DNA of 48,830 bases, the filler included, from Bipalium vagum (taxonomy: Eukaryota), in NCBI GenBank assembly GCA_037834085.1. It is 2 parts of 2 records of this genome, joined end to end, with 100 filler letters (N's around TTAATTAATTAA, not from the genome) between each part and the next. Parts side by side here need not be neighbours in the genome. Positions count along the whole stretch, not along the records: positions 29,339 to 48,830 come from JBBMKC010001938.1; 1 more part is not named here. One strand, 5' to 3'. Under the pieces are notes generated by a model. That model saw only the letters and a program-made list of their open reading frames with translations. It was not told the DNA's origin and ran no database searches. Below are positions 40,601-48,830 of the stretch, piece by piece. Numbering within the stretch: position 1 is the first letter of the stretch; each line of letters opens with the position of its first letter. Position numbers and translations under genes: made by a program.

Positions 40601-43600
40601 ATTTAGAAACGACAAACGATGTTTTTGTAAAAAAAAACACAAGGGCATTTATTGATATATGAATTGGATTTGGTACAATTTTTTCAGATGCGCTCAATCG
40701 TTTAAAATCAATTTGTGATGATAATAGTCTAATTGTTGCCCCCATTATTTTTGGTAAAACCAATTTTGAAATGGCAACAGAAGTTTTGAAGATTTTCCAA
40801 AGTGAGTTAGACAATCAGTAGTAGATAATTAAATTTTGATATAATTGATTGAATCATATCCGAAACAAAGTTTTGATGAATTAGTTTATAAGATGTCAGT
40901 CAATAGAGAAACCAAAAAAGACCAATCAAAATAAAAATTCTTTACATTATGTCATAAAAATTGAGTTAAGATCAAAAATCTTTTAAGATTACACTTTGCA
41001 ATTAAAATATGATTCATAGTGAAAAGAACCCCCGAAATCAAATTTTCATCAAAAAAGTATTACTGTTTGTTTGGTGTGATTTTAAAATACCAGGGCATTG
41101 AAAGATATTGAAATAGGGACAAAATTATATTGTGGACAATAAGATAATTTGAAATCGGTTTTGCAAAGAAACGATCTTAATTGATTAAAAGACACTGCAC
41201 TATTCTTCACTATGTGCACTTCAAAAATGACTTAATTAAAAACCAGATTTAGATTTTCAAGTTTGCTAAATTCATCATGTAGTCCCGATATAATATTTGT
41301 TTAAGGGCTTGAATATTTTTTGAATAATGTATTTATATAAATTTAAACATTGAATCCAGCTCTGTATTTAGTGAAAAATTATTTAGTTTATATAATTAAT
41401 CTTTATATTTCTAAAGGTTATTATTCAATGATGAAAAGTAACGAAATTCATATAATTTACCTTTGAGAACATAAAAGAGGTCTGAATGATTCAAAGACAG
41501 CTCGTAATATGAGAGTGGCATTAGACCTAAATGTAGGTAACGAACTTCCAGCTGACTGTTGGCTCACATGATTTAAAAGTGCATGGTAACCTATTATCAA
41601 CCACAAATTAAAGGTATTAATAGAAGACGATCCAATCACAAAATTCAGAGAGCTTGTTAAAGAGTTGAATGTAAGACACCCGATAGTTCTGAACCATCTC
41701 AAAGCAATGGGTAAAACGGAAAAACTCGACAAACAGGTCCCACAAGTATTGATAAAAAAGCAAATAAATTACGGTTATGAAGGGTCGTCGATGCTACTTA
41801 TTCTTAAAAGAAACCATCCGTTTCTCATTGGTAATGTAAAGTGTGGTGAGAAATGAATGGTTTAGAACAAACGATGAAGATCGGCTCAGTGGTTGAACTA
41901 AGATGAAGCACCGAAACTTTTTTCAAAGTAAATATTGTATCAAGAGAAGGTAATGTTACCAGAGAAGATAATCTGGTTGTCACAAACCGATCTGATTCAT
42001 CACAGGGTTATGAAATCATGTTAGAGTATTATTGCAGAAACATACACCTGGGGAAAAAACTCCATCATGTTGATAAGCTCTTAATAATAGTTTCTTTAAG
42101 TATTTTAATTTGCTTTAGATATTTTTAGTAATAATAATTATTATTAAGAAATATTAATTATTTAAAATATGTAATCCTTACAAGAACAAATAGAACCATG
42201 AATCTAGTGATGTCCTGTATCATGCGAATGAAAGATATTTGGAGTGGACCCAGCATCTCAAAGGCAGGCATCAAATAAATTGTTCGACTAAATGAAATGA
42301 GGTTGGCCACTGCAAATAGAACGTCGGAGACGATTTCTGGATCATCGGCAGTCCAATTGAATCTAGCTGAAGAGTATAAATATTAATAATTATTGTTAAT
42401 ATCACAATTGAACTTGTTTTCTGTACGTAGGATAAAAGTAAATTAAAAATAAAATTCATTTTACTCTTACAGGCTTCCATAAAATACTTCTTCTCGTCTG
42501 AAGAGAAACTGATGTTGGCTAAAAGATTGTTAAATGTATCAAAATCCTTTTGTTCCAAAGCTTTGCGCGCAATTTTAGTTCCACTAAAAAGTGAGTCTGC
42601 TTCTGAAACCCATTTATCAACAATGATTCTCAAGGTATATGAAGCTGTGTACAGTTTTAAGACACAAAAGTTCATAATATTATATCCATCATGAAGATAG
42701 GTCAACATTCCAGTGAAGTAAACTTGTTTTATTTCCATTACTAAAAGACCTAGAAGTTGTAAAAAAATATGAAAAATAAAATATAAACATTAATAATAAC
42801 GAATAATACGATTAATCAATGATAATAATAATAATAATAATAATGAAAATAAAAATAATAACAAAAATAATTAAAAATATAAATAAATAAAGCTAACCCA
42901 AGACCCACAAAACAATGGAAATTTGAATAGACGTGATTATGATGTTAGCAGGTCGAAGTCTTTCTTTTAAAAGACTCAAAGATTTTTGTTGATGAGTTAA
43001 TTTTTGGTCATTGAAAAATTCTTCTGTTGAGCGAATGGGGTGGTAGTCAACCTCCACTCTAAATGTGGCTGCAGAGAGTAAAATGAGAAAACAGACATGA
43101 GATAGGAGATAAGTCGCAAATTTTATTGCCGGGCACCTCATTGCACGAGCAAGCTGAAACAAATATTTATACTTATTTTGTGAATAACATCACCTTATAA
43201 TACTGATGACAGTAACAATGAGTATTTTTTAAATAATACATCTTTTTTTCATTGGAAAAGAAAATAATGACGGTTAACAAGGTCTTGAAACATTTAAGAA
43301 ATATTAAAAACTTACATATGATTTTGGGACAAGGATATATACCATACATAATACTGGCATCAATGGCAATGTCAGTAGAGAAAGGCTTATCTTTTTAAGT
43401 AATGACCATGATTGCAAAAATCCTGTTTCTGCTCCATACCATAAACTTGTAAGATATTGCTGGCAATTTGGATGAGCTACGAACTTTTTCTCTTCATAAT
43501 GAATGGCCATGCGCAATCTTCCCAGAGGGTCTCTTACATCGGGGTCATTTTCTAAGTTATCAGAAATAACGGCTTCTACTTCTTGGGTTCCCCTACACAG

Positions 43601-45571
43601 ATCCATCATCTCACATGCAAAGTTCATACATTGTTCGACTAACTCTAAATATTCCCTCTGCAATAAATTGAAACTTCATTTTAACTTAAATTTATTTATT
43701 AGATATATATTATAACAAACAAAATAAATAATACCAAAAAATATAAAGTTTCTTATACTTCCATTATTTTACATTAATGAATAATTGACCAAGAGTCATT
43801 CAAAATTAATTATTTAATAAATTTTAATTTTACTTTTTGTAAAATTTTTTTAATAATAATTGTGATAACATGAAAATTTTTAATTTTAACATTAATTATT
43901 ATTTAATTTTAATAATAATTTTATTTTTTATTAGTTTTAATATTTTATTAATTAATATTTTATAATTTAATTAATATCAAGTATAAAAAATATAGAAAAT
44001 TAATAATAAAATAAAAGTAAAATAAGTTTTTTAACATTTCAATTAAGTGAATAATATTAAAGTTAATTAATTTTAGATATAAAAAAATAGAATTAAAAAT
44101 CCCACGGTTTGATAATTTAATTTGAAAATTCATTTATTGGTCAATAAATAAAAATTATGGATTAAGACCAATATGTCAATAATCAATGTACCAATAATTT
44201 ATACTTTTATTATACAAGTTATGAAAAATGCCTTTAAAAGAAAAAACCTAGCAAAATCGTGTGTAAATGTTCTGATTGGGTCATTTAGGTTGAGTCATTT
44301 TTTGAATTCAGTAACGTCATGAAGAGTAGTTTACGATATTTGCCAAGGTTATGAGAATGGAATAAGCGGATATCGCCAAACTGGTTCAGGTCGGATAGCA
44401 GATATTTTCCAGAAAAGAAATTTTCATGAACTGACCAGTGCGGTCGACCACAAAGGTGGAATTTCAACTCAAGAAGCTGCTGGAGAGTTCAAATGTTCTC
44501 AAAGCATGATTCGATATATTCTGAAGAAATCATTTGTACAATATCACAATAGAAAGCAGACTCTAAGACGAACAAAACCAGAAAATGGCTTGGCTTTAAT
44601 GAAATGAGGATAGCTTTATCGAAAATTTCATTCTCGATAAATATAAAATAAATAAAATATTTTGTTTAAAAAATAGTTTCTTTGTTTTTATTTTTAATTA
44701 TTATCTTAATACTTAAAACTAAAAATAAAATAATAATTATAATTCGAAAAAAAAATCAAACAAACCTTGAATTCTTTCTCAATTTCCGCTAGTTTCATCA
44801 TTTCTTGACGCAATTCAAAAGTAGTCATAATCGGATCTTGACTGCTCAACGCCATATACGCAGGGCTGGCCAGAGCTCGGTAGGCATTAAGACGACTTCG
44901 AGATCTTTTTAAGGAATCGTAATCTTGTTTCACTTGACAATCCGTACAGTGGCAAGAGATTGAATGGGGTTTTTCTATACTATGTGAGCGGGAAATAAAC
45001 ATTTGAATCATTTCATGGTTATTGTAATGGGCTGATAGAATCAACGGTGTTATGTCTGGACTGAATTGACTTTTTTCTGTGGTACGGAAAAAGGCATTGT
45101 GATAATCCATTCGCTTAATCTTGTCTTCTCCAGCCATATAATTTGGATGTTCAATAATTACCTTTACGATTTTCGTTGATCCTTTGCTGATAGCGTGAAG
45201 AAGGGCTTCTTCAATACATTCAAAACCAACTTTATCTAACAACATTTCAATGGCATCCATATTTTCCGAATCAACTGCCAAATGCAAGGCATTTCTTCCC
45301 ATGTAATCAACACAGTTAACATTCATCTTATCCTCATCTGCTGCCTCAAGGGACATCCGTATCACTCCAATATCGCCCAAAGCTGCAGCATTTAGATATA
45401 CCCTTTCTTCATCTGATAACTTAGGGAAAATGTTAATAAGATCTTTATACTATATTTTCTATTACCTGAACATCCTCAAAGTTACTGAAAAGACCTCCGG
45501 TTATTTGTTTGGAGGAAACGTTGACTTTTCGATAATCTGCGGTGGCATTAAATTGGAAAGTTTCATAAAGC
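34527..45571 (-). CDS. TRPC: Canonical transient receptor potential (TRPC-family) cation channel, multi-exon; 5' start and 3' terminal exon unresolved
   Basis: Exons on minus: 45571-45466, 45419-44766, 43657-43316, 43153-42898, 42749-42471, 42366-42182, 39104-38983, 38917-38838, 38715-38549, 36973-36773, 34650-34527. All ten internal introns are GT-AG with matching phases. The protein has ankyrin repeats ([16 protein letters not shown]), a Zn motif ([10 protein letters not shown]), [20 protein letters not shown], pore LFWAMFG, S6 [17 protein letters not shown] box [10 protein letters not shown] and the [10 protein letters not shown] helix. Confidence 0.97.
34880..35860 (-). mobile_element. 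Near full-length decayed mariner (mauritiana-like) in a TRPC intron
   Basis: [88 protein letters not shown]. Confidence 0.93.
36773..36973 (-). CDS. TRPC: TRPC exon: TRP box
   Basis: ttgtag|[35 protein letters not shown]...STDFIR|gtaaga; 201 nt. Confidence 0.96.
37016..37043. repeat. (TA)n microsatellite
   Basis: About 14 TA units in a TRPC intron. Confidence 0.9.
37690..38100 (+). mobile_element. Mariner 5' half (cecropia/Hsmar1-like) in a TRPC intron
   Basis: [49 protein letters not shown]. Confidence 0.78.
38549..38715 (-). CDS. TRPC: TRPC exon: S6
   Basis: gttcag|(D)GKDPAYSDG...[36 protein letters not shown]|gtaaga; 167 nt. Confidence 0.95.
38838..38917 (-). CDS. TRPC: TRPC exon: pore helix (LFW motif)
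   Basis: tttcag|[26 protein letters not shown](D)|gttatt; 80 nt, phase 2-1. Confidence 0.93.
38983..39104 (-). CDS. TRPC: TRPC exon: S5 and turret
   Basis: tgtag|[41 protein letters not shown]|gtaagc; 122 nt, ends phase 2. Confidence 0.93.
40620..41330 (+). mobile_element. Heavily decayed mariner fragments in a TRPC intron
   Basis: [15 protein letters not shown]; [17 protein letters not shown]; SSCSPDI (YSPD-like). Many lesions. Confidence 0.6.
41428..42055 (+). mobile_element. Mariner 5' two-thirds (cecropia/Hsmar1-like) in a TRPC intron
   Basis: [86 protein letters not shown]. Confidence 0.9.
42182..42366 (-). CDS. TRPC: TRPC exon: S4 and S4-S5 linker
   Basis: cttcag|(S)[61 protein letters not shown]|gtaagg; 185 nt. 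This reading frame is not in the ORF track. Confidence 0.95.
42471..42749 (-). CDS. TRPC: TRPC exon: S2-S3 and extracellular loop
   Basis: ttctag|(G)[28 protein letters not shown]...KKYFMEA(S)|gtaaga; 279 nt, phase 1-1. Confidence 0.93.
42898..43153 (-). CDS. TRPC: TRPC exon: S1-S2
   Basis: tttcag|[26 protein letters not shown]...IVLWVLG|gttagc; 256 nt, ends phase 1. Confidence 0.93.
43316..43657 (-). CDS. TRPC: TRPC exon: linker / pre-S1 elbow
   Basis: ttgcag|[10 protein letters not shown]...[18 protein letters not shown]...VPKSY|gtaagt; 342 nt. Confidence 0.95.
44228..44607 (+). mobile_element. Tc1/mariner-superfamily transposase N-terminal fragment in a TRPC intron
   Basis: [56 protein letters not shown] shows a bipartite HTH with a GSGR linker. 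Confidence 0.7.
44766..45419 (-). CDS. TRPC: TRPC exon: ankyrin repeats and TRP_2 zinc-binding region
   Basis: 654 nt, phase 0-0: [18 protein letters not shown]...[13 protein letters not shown]...[10 protein letters not shown]...[14 protein letters not shown]...EIEKEFK, then donor gtttgt. Confidence 0.95.
45466..45571 (-). CDS. TRPC: TRPC N-terminal exon (5' boundary uncertain)
   Basis: Reads ...[35 protein letters not shown] in frame with the next exon via a 46-nt intron (45420-45465, gtaata...cctaag). Candidate acceptor ttttag at 45572. No in-frame ATG. Confidence 0.6.
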
Positions 45572-45930
45572 CTAAAACCAAAATAACCTTCAATGTTGAC
45601 CACAGAAAAAAATATTGGAATTTTATTTATTTTTTTTGAAAAAACAATGTTATTTATATTATTATTTTTAAATTCCAAATATACGGAAAAAAATATTTTA
45701 TTGTAAAGTGTCCCAAAATTTTATCACTTTGATTTTTCACTCTTATATCATTCACACATTTATAGATTAATTAAATTAACAAAATATTAACAAATTCTAA
45801 ACGATGGAAATATTTATTTATTTTTTATATCCATACATCAACAGTCAAAATTTTATATTTTGTTAAAATTCTTTGAAAAAAAAGTAGAAATCATTCTAGC
45901 TTTGCAACCATTCATTTGTGACTTCTGAAA

Positions 45931-45938
45931 TATTTATA
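45931..45938 (-). promoter_or_regulatory. Candidate TATA box upstream of TRPC
   Basis: gcacTATAAATAtttcag on minus, about 365 bp upstream of the candidate ATG at 45566. Weak evidence in such AT-rich DNA. Confidence 0.2.
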
Positions 45939-48830
45939 GTGCAACAGCGGAAATAAAAAAGTAATGAATAAATAAAGAGCATGAACAATAATTAATAATA
46001 ATTATCAATAAATTAATCGTATAAGTTGATTACGTGGGCTGCTCGATATGTATTGCGAAACACAAAAAATACGAATTAGAGGAATACTTCTCAATTTTCT
46101 CAATATTATTATCCTAAGTTTTTGGTGCAACTTTTCTGGCCATCAAAGATATATTATTATTGATTTGCCGCTTCGAAATAATTCTTAATTCCTTCCTCCC
46201 GAATATTGTACGTTACATCTCATTCTCAACCGTAAAATCAAAATGAAAAGGCGGAATTTTTTTTCTTTTTTATATTATTTTGAACAGATTTTAAAAGAAT
46301 AATCCAGCGGATTATTACTGAAATATTGAGACTTGAAATGTTCGAAATAATTACAAGAAAACATGATAATTAAAACTGAGGTTTTAACAATAAATATTTC
46401 TTATGAAATTCAATGGAAATATTTTCTTTGAATTGAAAATTTGATATTTAGTACTGAAAATTCCTTTTAAAAATAATAATATCTCCGAGGAGGTCTAAAT
46501 TTGGTTTGTTGAATTTTTTGAAATGTCCTAGATTCCTCAGTAAACAGATAGGTCTATTATTTAGATCAAGTTTTATAAATTTAAATTATGGAATTGTAAT
46601 TACAAAATCGAAATTAAAGAATCATTTGTTTAAGTAAAGTAATATAATTAAATTTCTGTTGCGGAAAATTGAATTCCCATAATACTAATTTTGTTGCAGC
46701 GTTGGTAAAAATTGATTACTGTGCAACTTTGTAACTGCTTACTATGAAATGCAGAGGTGATTGCTTTGGGAATAGAAAAAGTAGCTGGTAAATTTTTTCT
46801 AGAAAAGAAGAAAAGTGTATCAGTGAAAAGAAAGGTTGGGAGATTTGATTTCAGCATTTTAAAGATTGTTTGAGAAAGAGACGTTGAAAAACTACAAGAT
46901 GATTTTAAAAAGATTAACAATTTAATCAAGTAGATTTAGGTGTTTGTTCTCTAGACCTTTTTTGTACTGGCTTTGAAAAAAATGTTTTTCTTATATTTGG
47001 AAAAGATTTCGGTGATGAGTATGTCGTTACTTTTGCTTAGAATGACAAAATTTCAAAATAATTGACGAAAGTGATACATTTAGATCCAAGACACTTTGTA
47101 ATTATATAAGTTGACACAGCTATTATTTTAGTGCTCGTATTTCGCATTAATTTGTTTATTTTTATCTATTGCAATAATAAAGAAAATCATAAAAATGATA
47201 TGTTCTAGACGCTTGGGAGCTGTATACCAGTTAAATTTAGTGGACACTGGTCGTGCTGATGCACGAAATTCATCCAAGCTATGTACAAACCTTCATAATG
47301 ACAAACAGTGATACATTGCAAATTATGTGGAATTTAGATGTTGGTTCTATATTTTTCACCACGGCTGTAGTGCAACATTCTTAATAAAATACGACAACCT
47401 CTGCCTAATATGTAATAGAAATTTTCTTAATATATTATTTTTAATGAGAAATTATAATTTAAGAGATTTAATACAACATTTTGTTGAATTAATTCCTTTA
47501 TATGATACAGATAAAATTTGAAAATGTTATGTTATATTAAATGAAGAGATATTATGAGTATCATGACCTTAATAATACCACTTTTTGTGTCAATATATTC
47601 AAATCCTAATGGACTCAAAAAGAATAAAGGGTCTATGTCATCTAGCAATTTTAAATATCCATTCTCCTGTTTCAATATCTGGTCCAAAAAGTTCCCACGA
47701 GGAAGATGTCATGATAATAAAGAAGTGTCTGTCTATCAAGAATTGGATATGAAGCCCCTAGTAACTCTATAACCGAGATACGTTGATTCAAACTGTTTAT
47801 ATTTCATTCTTAAAGCTTTCAATATTTTATGTTATTTTACATGTAACATGATTTATTTTATTCTTAAGAAGAAATAAAGGATTTTATGTAATTTTAATTT
47901 GTTTTTTCAGATTTTATCATGTATTTAAACAATCCTTAATTTTAATTTATTAATGCACAAAATAATAATTTTCATAAATAATCTTCATTAATAAAATATA
48001 AATAATGTATAAAATGAAATAATTTTTTAAATAATTCAGTAATATTTCAAATTCTTTATAATATTTTCCAGGAATCTTTAAATATTAATAATTATATATT
48101 TATTTTCTAAATGTATTTAGGAGTATTATACTGAGAAATAAAATATTTATATATATAATTATGTATAAAAACAATTTACGATAGAAGATTATTAATAGAA
48201 AAAAATCAGAAAAAAAGATCCTGGAACGGATCTCTCCGTTTCTTTCGTTCATATTTAGATTCCGATAGTAAATGATTCGAAATATAAAATAAAAATTGAA
48301 ATATCTTCCTGATCAAGCACTGAAATAAAGTCATAAAATTTTACTCCAAAAACCAATATTATCACGAGTACTTTCCTATCAATACTCATATTTATTTTGC
48401 TTTGAAATATAAATAAATAATATTTATTAATAATAAAAAATATCCACTATATATTCTATCCTCTTTTCTCAAACATGTATTGAAAGCATAATGGTAATTT
48501 TATTTTTACACTTGATTCAAACAAAATTTAATTGCTCATTAAAAATATTTAAATTTTGTATGCATTAAGTTTAATATTTCTTAAAATAATAATATAAAAA
48601 ATAGAATTCATAATAAACATTGTTTAGTTGATATATATATATATATCATCTGATATTTATTTTTAATATTTTTTCACTGGAGTTAAGTTGAATAATTTAG
48701 ATGATAATTTAGTTTGTTTTATTTAACAAAATAATATAATGAAAAATATCCTTAAGAAAATTGTGTAAAGGGTAACCATGACGTAGTATTTCAAACTGTT
48801 TTTTTCGAGATATATATATCGATAATAATA

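Noticed and set aside
2268-42055. An intact or domesticated transposase (SETMAR/TIGD-like gene)
   Set aside because: Every copy has stops, frameshifts or deletions, and there is no SET or other fused domain.
38940-43715. Plus-strand ORFs 38940-39221, 42512-42694, 43503-43715
   Set aside because: They are antisense shadows of TRPC exons.

Overview
This is very AT-rich, intron-containing animal (invertebrate-like) genomic DNA, not prokaryotic. Two spliced protein-coding genes can be reconstructed by hand. The first is a canonical TRP (TRPC-family) cation channel on the minus strand, with at least 11 exons at about 34527-45571 and about 840 aa recovered; its start codon and final exon are unresolved. 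The second is a complete 5-exon REEP5/DP1/Yop1-family ER-shaping gene on the plus strand (24549-26339, 175 aa), which the ORF track misses entirely. The rest is a graveyard of about 18 decayed IS630-Tc1-mariner/pogo DNA transposons (mauritiana-, irritans-, mellifera- and cecropia-like mariners, Tc1, maT/DD37D-like, rosa/DD41D-like, pogo/Tigger), AAT/TA microsatellites, several unexplained higher-GC non-coding islands, and an artificial 100-bp scaffold gap (44N-TTAATTAATTAA-44N). I found no firmly supported new biological system. The most intriguing leads are the broken frame at the TRPC N-terminus (AAA-TAA) and a distant phase-compatible exon that would create an EF-hand-like loop at the TRPC C-terminus. 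Both are speculative. Transposon subfamily calls rest on recalled motifs, not searches.
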